Shown here: piece after piece, positions 48,754 through 58,773 of the stretch
Layout: every line of letters starts with the position of its first letter
How positions within the stretch are numbered: position 1 is the stretch's first letter
Source of the DNA: a virus
Length of the DNA stretch: 64,000 nucleotides
Virus record (IMG/VR): IMGVR_UViG_3300002092_000032
Coordinates: 24,171 to 88,170 of that record
Direction: 5' to 3' (one strand)
The notes under the pieces: generated by a model
Database searches by the model: none
What the model was told of the DNA's origin: nothing
Seen by the model: only the letters and a program-made list of their open reading frames with translations
Program-made: the position numbers and the translations under genes

Positions 48754-49992
48754 ATGGCATATACAATTCTAAAAAGTAACGGTACAGTATTAACGACCAT
48801 TCCTGATGGAACGATTAACACTACTAGCACCTCATTAGGTTTGCCGGGAAGAAACTTTGCAGGATATGGTCAAGCAGTAGATGAAAATCTAGTATATCTC
48901 GTAGAAAACTTTGCTCGTTCTACTCCACCTGCAAACCCTTTGACAGGTCAACTATGGTACAATACTAATAACGGTACTCTCAATGTTTGTCCGGCTTCTG
49001 GAACAACTAATCCTTCTCTTTGGGTCACCCTAGCGTCAACATCATCAACTGGCAACACTTCATTCGGAAATGTTACTGTAACCGGAGGGCTGCAAGCATC
49101 TAGTATTAATGTTACTGGAGCAATCACGGCAAACTCTGCGACACTAAGCTATCTTACAGTCGGTGCAAATGCAGCTATCGCTAATCTGACTGCAACTAAT
49201 GCAAATATCGGAACCTTAACTGCAACGAATATCACAACCGGATCTACTGCAAACTCAGGAACACTGACTGGTGTATGGACTATTAATGGCACAGGTATTG
49301 CCAACGGTATCAACGGAACATCTACTTGGATTACAGGTGGTAACTTAGTAGTAGGTGGAGTGGGTAGCCCTATTGGAATTAGGACAGACGGTTACTACTA
49401 TGCTAATGGTACTCCGATTAACTTTGCTGGTACATATGGTAATGCAAATGTTGCTGTTTATCTACCGACATTTTCAGGTATTGTGGGCAATGCAGACGCT
49501 AGTGCAACATTTAGAGGTTCAACTATTACAACCGGAAGTTCTGCTAATTCCGGTAGCATCACTGGCAACTGGGCACTGACTGCTGGCTCAAGAATCATCG
49601 CTACTTACGCTGACTTAGCCGAACGCTTTGCGGCTGATGATGTCTATGATGCAGGAACAGTGGTGTCTCTTGGTGGAGATGCAGAAATCACTGCGGTTCA
49701 GTTTGAATTGTCAGAAGATGTATTCGGGGTTATATCTAATACTGCTGCATATCTAATGAACGGTATGGCAGGCAGTGATGATACTCATCCTGCGGTAGCA
49801 GTGTCAGGTCGCGTCCCAGTCAAGGTTGTTGGGGTAGTTAAAAAGGGTGATCGTCTAGTTAGTGCAGGTGCCGGACTAGCCCGCGCCGCAGCTTCAGGGG
49901 AAGCATCATTCTTTAATGTCATTGGTAGAGCATTAGAAGATAAGACCAATACTAGTGTGGGTTTTGTCGAAGCCTTCGTGACGATTAAATAG
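48754..49992 (+). CDS. Second tail fibre/appendage paralogue with a Peptidase G2-like C-terminus
   Basis: Same N-terminal (GRNFAGYGQ...ENF...NPLTGQLWYNT) and C-terminal (YADLAERF...GRVPVKV...KGDRLVS...IGRAL) domains as 47521-48723. Confidence 0.7.
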   Translation: MAYTILKSNGTVLTTIPDGTINTTSTSLGLPGRNFAGYGQAVDENLVYLVENFARSTPPANPLTGQLWYNTNNGTLNVCPASGTTNPSLWVTLASTSSTGNTSFGNVTVTGGLQASSINVTGAITANSATLSYLTVGANAAIANLTATNANIGTLTATNITTGSTANSGTLTGVWTINGTGIANGINGTSTWITGGNLVVGGVGSPIGIRTDGYYYANGTPINFAGTYGNANVAVYLPTFSGIVGNADASATFRGSTITTGSSANSGSITGNWALTAGSRIIATYADLAERFAADDVYDAGTVVSLGGDAEITAVQFELSEDVFGVISNTAAYLMNGMAGSDDTHPAVAVSGRVPVKVVGVVKKGDRLVSAGAGLARAAASGEASFFNVIGRALEDKTNTSVGFVEAFVTIK

Positions 49993-50004
49993 TAGGAAAA
50001 AAGA

Positions 50005-50964
50005 ATGAGTTACTCGCAGTTTGGATCAATACAGTCTTCAGATTTTAACACATTTGTGGGCGGAAACCCCACATCTACTGCAAACACATTGAACGCTGTA
50101 TGGGCAACAGGCAGCAATATTTCAGGTTATGGTCAGACTTCTGTAGGCAATGTTACCGTTGGTCAAACAATCGCAGCACCTGATCAATGGGCGGCACTCG
50201 TAGCAAATACACAAAATGCTGCATCACACCAAGGTGCAGCAACAGTCATCGGTACTGTAGTTACTCCGGTAGCAGGCGGCATGGTCAACTACCAAGCAAA
50301 CATTCCAACAAACTTAGCTAATATTTACGGAAACAGAACTAACGCAGCAACTCAAGGATCTACAGTAGCAACGTCAAATACGCGAGCAACTACTTGGTCA
50401 ACCTCATTGAACTTTACTTTTACAGTAAGTTTCCCAAATGGAGACGCTGCGAGATATTTCTTCAACTCGGGCGGCCAGCTAAAGATCACTGCTTCAAATC
50501 CAGCTGGAACATCAGTGACCAACATCTTCAACCAGCTAGCTGCTAACGTCGGTACAGTAGTTATGAGTTCTATCGCATCTGGCACTGCAAACATTGCAGG
50601 CACCGTATATTCGGGACTTCAGCGAGTGGGTTCCCTGTCGATCACCCCGTCTCCTTACTTAACAAATAGCGGATACTATGGTCTAACAGGTTCAGCGACA
50701 AATGTTTTTCAGGTAACAAATGCATCTGGTACATACATTAATACAAATATCAAAATCTTAGCAAATACCAGTACTGCAAATGTTTCTGGTAATGGTGATA
50801 ACGGTAATGTTATTACTCTTCAGGGAATCTGGACTGATCTTCCCCAAGGAACTACTGCAAATTCAGGTTCAAGCATGACATTGACTGTGGTGCCACCAGA
50901 ATTAACTTATCTCTCTAACACTTGGGGTGCAGTAACTGTTGTTAGCACTCTAACTGGAACATAA
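50005..50964 (+). CDS. Virion structural / fibre-associated protein, paralogue A
   Basis: 319 aa Thr/Ser/Asn/Gly-rich; shares GYGQT, NAA.HQG and F.NGDAARYFFNSGGQ with the next gene. Confidence 0.55.
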   Translation: MSYSQFGSIQSSDFNTFVGGNPTSTANTLNAVWATGSNISGYGQTSVGNVTVGQTIAAPDQWAALVANTQNAASHQGAATVIGTVVTPVAGGMVNYQANIPTNLANIYGNRTNAATQGSTVATSNTRATTWSTSLNFTFTVSFPNGDAARYFFNSGGQLKITASNPAGTSVTNIFNQLAANVGTVVMSSIASGTANIAGTVYSGLQRVGSLSITPSPYLTNSGYYGLTGSATNVFQVTNASGTYINTNIKILANTSTANVSGNGDNGNVITLQGIWTDLPQGTTANSGSSMTLTVVPPELTYLSNTWGAVTVVSTLTGT

Positions 50965-50978
50965 GATTAGGAACTGAC

Positions 50979-51926
50979 ATGTCATACGCACAAGGCGGAG
51001 AAATACAAGCATCTGATCTTAATACCTTTATCGGTTCAAACCCAACTACAACAGCCAACACCATAAACACAATATGGGCTATCGGCGGAAGTGCTGCTGG
51101 ATACGGGCAAACTGCTGTTTCCACAGTTGTTGCGGGTGACGAAATATACGCGTCCAATTGGGGAAACCTTATTACAAAAACATCAAATGCAGCGTTACAC
51201 CAAGGTAGTAGTATAACTTCCGTATCTGTCCCTACAGCGGGCACCGAGATCGCATACATTTCAGCTATTCCAACTAACTTGTCAACTATCTATTCTAATA
51301 GATTAAATGCAGCGGCTCAAGGTTCAACCAATGCAAATACACAAACATATGGATCTACTTGGTCAAACTCATTAACCTTTACTTTTACTGCTACCTTTGC
51401 TAACGGAGATGCTGCAAGATATTTCTTCAATTCAGGAGGACAGTTTGCGATGACATGTTCACATCCATCTGGTGCTGGAATTGACGCAGTAGTTAGCCAA
51501 CTAGCGTCAAACATTGGCACAGTTGTCATGAGTGCTCCTTCTTCGGGAACAGCAACAATCAGTGGTACTCCTTATACAGGCATAACTAAAGTTGGCGGTG
51601 GCGGTAGCACACCGAGTCCATACTTAGTAAATAATGGCTACTTTGCATTAACTACTGCTAATGCTAATGTGTTTACGCAGACTGCATCTGGTTCTAGTTA
51701 TCTAGGCACTAATATCAAATTCTTAGTGAAATCAAACGGAACTCAAGGAACTAATGGGGATGCAGGTAGTGTCGTCACTGTGTATTGTGTCTGGTCTGAA
51801 GTTCCTACCGGAGTCGCCCTTACTGCAGGATCCACTACTACACTAACATTAAGACCACCAGAAACAACTTACATTGCTAACACCTGGGGTGCAATATCGC
51901 TATCCGGAGCGGTGACCGGCTCATAA
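50979..51926 (+). CDS. Virion structural / fibre-associated protein, paralogue B
   Basis: 315 aa, alignable end to end with 50005-50964. Confidence 0.55.
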   Translation: MSYAQGGEIQASDLNTFIGSNPTTTANTINTIWAIGGSAAGYGQTAVSTVVAGDEIYASNWGNLITKTSNAALHQGSSITSVSVPTAGTEIAYISAIPTNLSTIYSNRLNAAAQGSTNANTQTYGSTWSNSLTFTFTATFANGDAARYFFNSGGQFAMTCSHPSGAGIDAVVSQLASNIGTVVMSAPSSGTATISGTPYTGITKVGGGGSTPSPYLVNNGYFALTTANANVFTQTASGSSYLGTNIKFLVKSNGTQGTNGDAGSVVTVYCVWSEVPTGVALTAGSTTTLTLRPPETTYIANTWGAISLSGAVTGS

Positions 51927-51948
51927 TTTTTTAGGCGAGCATTATCCA

Positions 51949-51956
51949 TCTAAATA
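51949..51956 (+). promoter_or_regulatory. Late promoter motif TCTAAATA at the head of the glycan operon
   Basis: CTAAATA core as at 6751 and 10000; T-tract upstream. Confidence 0.5.
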
Positions 51957-51972
51957 CAACATGGAGTATATG

Positions 51973-52278
51973 ATGGATACAAAAACTTTAATCGCCGATG
52001 CCAAAGCCAGATTTAATCACAATTCAGCTAAAGCATATCTTAAAGAAAAATATGAAGCAAAGTTGCTCGTTGCAGATCAGGGCGGCTTGTGGAAGGCTGA
52101 CAATCAGACTATCGCAATACTGAATGCTTCACCTGATACAGAAATCGTTCTCATTGACACTTTCGGTAACCCAGTAAAAGTTAATCGTGCTGTCCTTTTA
52201 GATAGGCTTGATTTAGTCAATCATCGTGTGATGAACGACTGGTATGATGAGTGGCAGGAACTAGAAACCAAAAGATGA
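51973..52278 (+). CDS. Hypothetical protein
   Basis: About 101 aa; GGAG SD 6 nt before the ATG at 51973 (track start 51961); ATGA overlap with the next gene. Confidence 0.7.
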   Translation: MDTKTLIADAKARFNHNSAKAYLKEKYEAKLLVADQGGLWKADNQTIAILNASPDTEIVLIDTFGNPVKVNRAVLLDRLDLVNHRVMNDWYDEWQELETKR

Positions 52279-53078
52279 CCCGAGGCGTAATCTTGTTCGC
52301 TTTCAATTCTGAGAAGTTCAACTACTACGACATCGCAGAGTTTACAGCTAAAAGAATCAATCACTTTTTAAATCTTCCGGTCACTCTCATTACCGATGAA
52401 GAATCCTTTTCGGATACTGATTACAACTGGGACAAAGTGATAAAGGTAGTTCCAGATAAGGACAACTTCAGAGAATGGGGTCAATGGATCAACAAAGGCC
52501 GATTCATGGCATACGACCTAACGCCATACGATGAGACTATGGTATTAGATGTGGATTACATCGTGAATTCTGATAAACTTCTCACTGTATTTGATTTTTA
52601 CGATGACTTCTGCTGTCATAATAAGGCTGAGTTTCTTATGGCTCCTGATACTCCGCAAGAGATACTCTCAACATATAGTCATAACTCAGTATGGGCTACA
52701 GTAATGGCTTTTAAAAAGACGAAGCGGACTGAGCAAATCTTCCGCTGTATGGAGATGGTACAGAAGAACTATAAGCACTACGAGAGCATTCACAACTTTA
52801 TAGGAAGTACATATCGTAATGATTATGCCCTTACATTAGCTCTTCGTATAGTAAATGGTCATTGCGAGCGTAAAGAAGATTATATTCCATGGAACTTAGT
52901 TCATGTGGGTCAGAAGACTTTTGTTTATCCTGATAGCACAGATGATTTCAATACTGATTACACTATTATTTTTGACGCATGGGTAAGAAACAAGATCAAG
53001 AAAGAATACATTACTGTAAAAGACATGGATTTCCATGTATTAGATAAAGAATTATTTGCGGAGATTATCAATGGATAA
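52275..53078 (+). CDS. Putative GT-A fold glycosyltransferase
   Basis: GVILFAFN...LPVTLITD...YDLTPYDETMVLDVDYIV (DxD); start moved to the ATG overlapping the previous stop. Confidence 0.6.
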   Translation: MTRGVILFAFNSEKFNYYDIAEFTAKRINHFLNLPVTLITDEESFSDTDYNWDKVIKVVPDKDNFREWGQWINKGRFMAYDLTPYDETMVLDVDYIVNSDKLLTVFDFYDDFCCHNKAEFLMAPDTPQEILSTYSHNSVWATVMAFKKTKRTEQIFRCMEMVQKNYKHYESIHNFIGSTYRNDYALTLALRIVNGHCERKEDYIPWNLVHVGQKTFVYPDSTDDFNTDYTIIFDAWVRNKIKKEYITVKDMDFHVLDKELFAEIING

Positions 53079-53826
53079 AGGTTTCGTAATCATGGCTCAG
53101 GGCGAAGACTACGAGAAGTGCGCCCAAGCCCTAGAACTCAGCATCAAGCATGTCATGCCCGATGCCAATGTAACCATCATCACGACTGATATGTTACCAT
53201 ACGGAGATCAGGCTCCAAAGACCTTTTGGAAGCTACAGAACGACTGGCAAGTCTATGAAGCTAGCCCGTATGAGTATACGATCAAACTAGAGTCAGACAT
53301 GTATCTTCCGCGTTCCGTTGACTATTGGTGGGATATATTGAGGCAACGTGATGTAGTCGTGTCAACAACTATCCGCGACTTCAGACAAAATGTATCTGAT
53401 ATCAAGGCTTATCGTAGATTCATCGTTGAGAATAATCTTCCTGATACTTACAATGGCATCACTTATTTCAAGAAGTCTGAACTTGCACAGAAGTTCTTTG
53501 AGACTACAAGACATATCTGGGAACACTGGGACGATTTCCGTAATACACTAAAATGCAATGTAAAAGAAGAGGCAACAACTGATTGGGTTTATGCGATTGC
53601 ATGTCATATTTTAGGGGATGAAAATACAACTCTACCACAATTCAGTGACTTCAGCATGATTCATATGAAGCAGTTTATTAATGGTACTCCTACTGAAGAT
53701 TGGACTGAGACTTTTATCCCTGAACTATTGCCGCATACTTTTAGAATCAATACTATTCCACAAATATACCCAGTGCATTATCATGTTAAGTCGTTTGCTG
53801 ACACGATACTAAAGGAATTCAGATGA
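53071..53826 (+). CDS. Putative GT-A fold glycosyltransferase (paralogue)
   Basis: GFVIMAQG...NVTIITTD...YEASPYEYTIKLESDMY; same architecture as the preceding gene. Confidence 0.55.
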   Translation: MDKGFVIMAQGEDYEKCAQALELSIKHVMPDANVTIITTDMLPYGDQAPKTFWKLQNDWQVYEASPYEYTIKLESDMYLPRSVDYWWDILRQRDVVVSTTIRDFRQNVSDIKAYRRFIVENNLPDTYNGITYFKKSELAQKFFETTRHIWEHWDDFRNTLKCNVKEEATTDWVYAIACHILGDENTTLPQFSDFSMIHMKQFINGTPTEDWTETFIPELLPHTFRINTIPQIYPVHYHVKSFADTILKEFR

Positions 53827-54155
53827 ACGAAGAAGAGAAATTTGTTATCGTATGGGAACAACCCGTGCTAGAAGAAGTAGAACACCGGCTCTATCATGAT
53901 GATGACGGCTATGTGTTGTTCTATACATGTGATAAACCCGAAGGCAACTATATTGTAATTGACACTATCACTTATGCAGAGGGTAGACCTGATGTAAGAG
54001 TCATTGATGGCAAAATCGCAAGAATAAATGCTGGATCAGTTATCTCCCGATATTATAATTCAGCCGATGTAGGATTTTTGTGTGAGAAAGAAGATATCAG
54101 TGTGATCACCGATACAGATGGACAATACTGGGAAGTAAAAAATTATGTCTTATGA
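53823..54155 (+). CDS. Hypothetical protein
   Basis: 110 aa, ATGA-coupled to the upstream gene. Confidence 0.7.
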   Translation: MNEEEKFVIVWEQPVLEEVEHRLYHDDDGYVLFYTCDKPEGNYIVIDTITYAEGRPDVRVIDGKIARINAGSVISRYYNSADVGFLCEKEDISVITDTDGQYWEVKNYVL

Positions 54156-55095
54156 TGATATTTTGGATGTAGCGGATTGCGATATTATATACCTAAGCTA
54201 TGACGAGCCGGCCAAAGAGGAATTCTGGCTTAAAATTAAGAATATGTGTCCATGGGCTAAACGAGTTGACGGGATCAAGGGTTCCGACGCCGCACACAAG
54301 GCCGCTGGCGAGGCTAGTGACACTTTTAGGTTTTTCCTCATTGATGGCGACAACATGCCTGATGAAGACTTCTTCAATATGCAATTAGATTTTACTGGTA
54401 AAGATCCAACTTATAAGTTAGCACAATATCGCTGGCGGGCAATCAATTCTATCAATGGACTGCGTTATGGTAACGGTGGCATGAGTTCATGGACTAAGAC
54501 CTATGTCGCAAGCATGAAGACTCATGAGACTAGCGACGGCGATGATACGACTGCGGTAGATTTCTGTATGGATTCTTCAAACAATCTTTATTGGGCGATG
54601 TGGGATTGTTATTCAACTACCTATCCTAACTGCACTCCCTTTCAAGCCTGGCGTGCTGGTTTCCGCGAAGGTGTCAAGATGGTACTTGATCGCGGCGCAA
54701 AGCCTAACATTGAAGACTTCAAGGAAAGGGTAGCTAGTCGCAATCTAAATAACCTCACTGTTTGGCACAATGTTGGAGCAGATGTAGAGAACGGCTACTG
54801 GGCCATGTATGGTTCAAGACTCGGCACCTACTTAACTATGTTATCTACCTGGGACCACAAGAATGTGATGTGGTTTGATAACTTTCCTGAAATGTGGGAA
54901 GAGAGCAAGAACTTTGATCCTAAAGCACAAGCTACTAGAATAGGCGAGACGCTGAACGATAAACTAGGTCTACCGATGTGTATGCTAGATCCAGAACAAT
55001 CAAAGTTCTTCAAGCGTCACTATAACGCTGATAAGTATAATATAGGTCCGCTTGTCAAAGAGATGGATGTGATCCGCAAGATTGAAGGCTGGTAA
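54145..55095 (+). CDS. Putative nucleotide-sugar transferase-like protein
   Basis: IIYLSYDEP...AAHKAA...FFLIDGDN (DxD after hydrophobic strands). Confidence 0.4.
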   Translation: MSYDDILDVADCDIIYLSYDEPAKEEFWLKIKNMCPWAKRVDGIKGSDAAHKAAGEASDTFRFFLIDGDNMPDEDFFNMQLDFTGKDPTYKLAQYRWRAINSINGLRYGNGGMSSWTKTYVASMKTHETSDGDDTTAVDFCMDSSNNLYWAMWDCYSTTYPNCTPFQAWRAGFREGVKMVLDRGAKPNIEDFKERVASRNLNNLTVWHNVGADVENGYWAMYGSRLGTYLTMLSTWDHKNVMWFDNFPEMWEESKNFDPKAQATRIGETLNDKLGLPMCMLDPEQSKFFKRHYNADKYNIGPLVKEMDVIRKIEGW

Positions 55096-55138
55096 AGGCA
55101 AATTACTCAGCACCCAAATATAACAACAGAGAGTAAAT

Positions 55139-56539
55139 ATGAGCAATTACGACAATTATCAACGCCATTTACAAGAAACGAAAAATGAACTAGACGGAGT
55201 AAGTTCTAGCTTTTGTGCGGCAAAATGGAAGCAGGTTACTATGCACTTGCAAAATGGCCACACTCATAGTTGTCACCATCCTAAAACACACCTCGTGCCT
55301 CTAGAAGAAATTAAACGTAATCCTACTGCATTACATAACAGTGAATTCAAAAAGCAACAGCGAAAACTTATGCTTGAAGGCGAACGACCATCAGAGTGTG
55401 ATTACTGTTGGCGAGTTGAAGATCAAGGGGATAGTCATAGTGACCGAGTATATAAAAGTGCTGATAGCTGGGCTAAACCCTTTATCGCTGATATTGCTAG
55501 TAAACCATGGGATGACAACGTTGATCCAAGCTATGTAGAAGTTAGTTTTGGCAACGTATGTAACTTTAAATGCAGCTATTGTGCCCCTCATATTAGCAGT
55601 CAGTGGATGGAAGAAATAGAAAGACATGGCCCATATCCTACTAGTGACAACTTTAATAATCTAGACTGGTTAAAGAGTCAAAGCATGATTCCGATTCCTA
55701 ATAGAGAAGAGAATCCATATGTAGATGCATTTTGGGAATGGTGGCCAAACATGTACAACAGTCTACAGCAGTTCAGAATCACTGGTGGCGAACCACTTCT
55801 CAACAAGAACACGTTTAAAGTTTTAGATTACATCATTGCTAATCCTAATCCCAACTTGGAAGTTAGCATTAATACTAATCTGAATGCACCTGACGATATT
55901 ATTAACAAGTTCTTTGAGAAGGCAAAACACATAGTTGAAGGTAAAAAGTTGAAAAACTTTAAGTTATTCACTAGTGCCGAAGCTCACGGAAAACAAAGCG
56001 AGTATATCAGATTTGGCATGGAATATGACAAGTGGTTAAGTAACATTCACAAAGCATATAAAGAAATTCCTGGCATTCAAGTCACTATAATGAGTACTTA
56101 CAATTTCTTAAGCATGACCTCTTATATTCCTTTTCTGCAAGACATTTTGGATATCAAGAATCAATATCATCGCTGGGATGATAAGAGAACTCCTATGCTA
56201 CTGGATATTCCGTATCTACGTTTCCCGAATCATCAGGCAATATTCATTATGGAACCGGAGCATCTTGAATTGATATATGATCAAGTAACCTTTATGTATC
56301 AGAACTTAGAATACAAGGAATGGTACGGAAGTGCCAACCGCGGATTCTTTGAACATGAAGCAGATAAACTTAAGCGTATCTATAATATTGTAAAGAATAA
56401 TCCAGTTAACGAATGGACCAATGTCAATAGAAAGAACTTTGTTGCCTTTGTTGATGAGCATGATCGCAGGCGCAGAACTAATTTTCTAGAAACATTCCCT
56501 GAATTTGAAGGTGCGTATAATAAATGGAAAAATATGTGA
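55139..56539 (+). CDS. Radical SAM protein with an extra N-terminal Cys/His cluster
   Basis: CNFKCSYC (CxxxCxxC), TGGEPLL; N-terminal CAAKW...HSCHH...CDYCW. Confidence 0.9.
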   Translation: MSNYDNYQRHLQETKNELDGVSSSFCAAKWKQVTMHLQNGHTHSCHHPKTHLVPLEEIKRNPTALHNSEFKKQQRKLMLEGERPSECDYCWRVEDQGDSHSDRVYKSADSWAKPFIADIASKPWDDNVDPSYVEVSFGNVCNFKCSYCAPHISSQWMEEIERHGPYPTSDNFNNLDWLKSQSMIPIPNREENPYVDAFWEWWPNMYNSLQQFRITGGEPLLNKNTFKVLDYIIANPNPNLEVSINTNLNAPDDIINKFFEKAKHIVEGKKLKNFKLFTSAEAHGKQSEYIRFGMEYDKWLSNIHKAYKEIPGIQVTIMSTYNFLSMTSYIPFLQDILDIKNQYHRWDDKRTPMLLDIPYLRFPNHQAIFIMEPEHLELIYDQVTFMYQNLEYKEWYGSANRGFFEHEADKLKRIYNIVKNNPVNEWTNVNRKNFVAFVDEHDRRRRTNFLETFPEFEGAYNKWKNM

Positions 56540-56542
56540 CAC

Positions 56543-57358
56543 ATGAAAACACGATTTTTTGCATTTGGATGTAGCTACACCCAATATTCATACGCCACCT
56601 GGGCAGATTTTGTGGGGTGTAATTTTGAAGAATACTATAATTATGGGAGGGGAGGGGCATCAAATTCTTTTATTATGAACAGAGTAGTAGAATGCAATGA
56701 ACTTTTTAAATTTAATCCAGAAACTGATACCGTGATAGTCATGCTTTCCGGTTTTGGTAGATTTTCTTATCTTAATAAAAAATGGTTTACTGATGGGGAT
56801 TTATACTCATACTATGGTAACACTAAAGATATTAAAATTAAGGGATTTATAGAAAATATGTGGAGTGAAGAAGCAGCTATCTATAGTTCTTGGATAGCTG
56901 CTAAAACTATTAAAATGATCCTTAAGGATATACCACATAAATTTTTTATGAGCATAGATAATCGTCATTATTCGGAATCAGATGGTTCTAAATGGGGCAA
57001 GGAACAACTGATAAGACCTAAGGCAATAGAAAAAACAAGAGACATTTATGATATGCTAGACGACACAGAATCAATGGACGAATGGAAGTCAAAGAAATAT
57101 ACCTGGGCAGATCATTATGTTTGGAAAGAAGAAAACAATAGAATTGACGGTCATCCTACTCAAAAAATGCATTTTGATTTTGTAAAAGATAAGTTACCAG
57201 AATATTTAACTGATAAATCTGAAAATTTATTTAACTATGTAGAAGAAATATTTATAGATAGCACACAACATAATCAAGGAACAAATTTTGCTCATAGTAC
57301 GCATGGAAAACTTACTAATAATTTCAATGTAGATTGTTTGTTTGGAGATAACCTATGA
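56543..57358 (+). CDS. SGNH-like hydrolase/acyltransferase
   Basis: FFAFGCSYT, NYGRGGASN, C-terminal DGHP. Confidence 0.6.
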   Translation: MKTRFFAFGCSYTQYSYATWADFVGCNFEEYYNYGRGGASNSFIMNRVVECNELFKFNPETDTVIVMLSGFGRFSYLNKKWFTDGDLYSYYGNTKDIKIKGFIENMWSEEAAIYSSWIAAKTIKMILKDIPHKFFMSIDNRHYSESDGSKWGKEQLIRPKAIEKTRDIYDMLDDTESMDEWKSKKYTWADHYVWKEENNRIDGHPTQKMHFDFVKDKLPEYLTDKSENLFNYVEEIFIDSTQHNQGTNFAHSTHGKLTNNFNVDCLFGDNL

Positions 57359-58773
57359 CACATAAATTGCATTTTTTATATGATTTTGTATTTCCTAATA
57401 TGTTTTTGCCCAATGCACTTATAACAGAATACGGAATAGTAAATTACTTGTCGTCATTGCACGTAAGTAAATTGAATCAACATCCGGATAGTATACTTGA
57501 AAGAATGCATGGGTTTGATGACCAGACGATTGGTGGAAAACTGTATGATAATGCATTTGGCACACAACCAAATGCACACACCGACCTTCAATTGCGAAAC
57601 CCTTTATATTCTGAATATTTTGAGTTTGCCAACGGATCAATGTTTGAATGGCAGAACAAAGTTAATAAGTATTTTTACCCTATAGGCATGACTCCTCATA
57701 TTAATGATTTCGTTGGAATAAGTCACCCCGGAAGTAAATCAAACGGTGAATATTTTTGGAAACACATGTCTACTCTAGCACTGAAAGATGCACAACAGGG
57801 AAAAGCTATAATTTTTATAGACTATGCCCAAGAAAATTTTATTGACCGAAACTCTTACGTTAAGTTACATGAATCATTGGCTAATAGCGGAATTCCTAAG
57901 AATAACATACTTTTAGCCTTTAATAGTTTTAATGCTCAAGAAGTCTATGAAAATTGGTTCCCTGAAGAAGAACGCCGCCTAGAAGTCAGAAATTGGCCAT
58001 TTGTCATGGCTAACACTGCATTCCATTATCATATTAATCCCAGTCAACGAATGTCTGTGCAAGAATTTCAAAACACCAGAAACACAGTTAGGAATAAACA
58101 TTTCATCTTTAAGATAAGACGTCCGCGAAACCATCGTTTAGCTTTTTTGTATAAGATGGTCAGTGACAATCTGATAGAAAAAGCTGATTGGTCATGTTTG
58201 ACCCGCATAAAGTTTGATCAAAACAGTGCTGTTGAAACTCAGAATAGATATCAATTTGAATTTGATTTGAATAAGATTGAGGAATTGTGTAACAACACCC
58301 CGCATACTTTGGATAGCGAACAAGGTCTTACATATGATACAGTAAGTGCATGGACTGATAGAAGTCCTGACTCACATAAAAATTCATATTTATATTTGTG
58401 TACCGAGACGTTTATTAACGGAGAATATAAATCTTTAACTGAAAAAGTTTTTAAACCTATCGTTAATTTTCAACCATTTTTGTTTATAGCGTACCCTGGC
58501 GCATTAGAACTATTACGAAGTTTGGGATTCAAAACATTTTCACCATTGATTGATGAAAGCTATGATAACGAATCGGATGAGATTAAAAGATTAGGTATGA
58601 TATATGCTGAGTTAAATAGAATATGCTCAATGAGTAAAGAAGAAATACATGCCTGGTATTGGAGCATGGAAGAAATATTAATTCATAACTATACTCATTT
58701 TTTGAATATTTGGAAAAATGAAAAACATGCTGAAGAATTAATAAATTATATGATCATGAGAACTAAATTATGA
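57355..58773 (+). CDS. Putative glycosyltransferase with a GT10 (fucosyltransferase)-like C-terminal motif
   Basis: YLCTET...LTEKVFKPIVNFQPFLFIAYPGALELLRSLGFKTF...IDESYD. Confidence 0.45.
   Translation: MTHKLHFLYDFVFPNMFLPNALITEYGIVNYLSSLHVSKLNQHPDSILERMHGFDDQTIGGKLYDNAFGTQPNAHTDLQLRNPLYSEYFEFANGSMFEWQNKVNKYFYPIGMTPHINDFVGISHPGSKSNGEYFWKHMSTLALKDAQQGKAIIFIDYAQENFIDRNSYVKLHESLANSGIPKNNILLAFNSFNAQEVYENWFPEEERRLEVRNWPFVMANTAFHYHINPSQRMSVQEFQNTRNTVRNKHFIFKIRRPRNHRLAFLYKMVSDNLIEKADWSCLTRIKFDQNSAVETQNRYQFEFDLNKIEELCNNTPHTLDSEQGLTYDTVSAWTDRSPDSHKNSYLYLCTETFINGEYKSLTEKVFKPIVNFQPFLFIAYPGALELLRSLGFKTFSPLIDESYDNESDEIKRLGMIYAELNRICSMSKEEIHAWYWSMEEILIHNYTHFLNIWKNEKHAEELINYMIMRTKL

Noticed and set aside
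47521-51926. Diversity-generating retroelement or invertible fibre cassette
   Set aside because: No reverse transcriptase or invertase, no near-identical template/variable pair differing only at adenines, and all genes are co-oriented.
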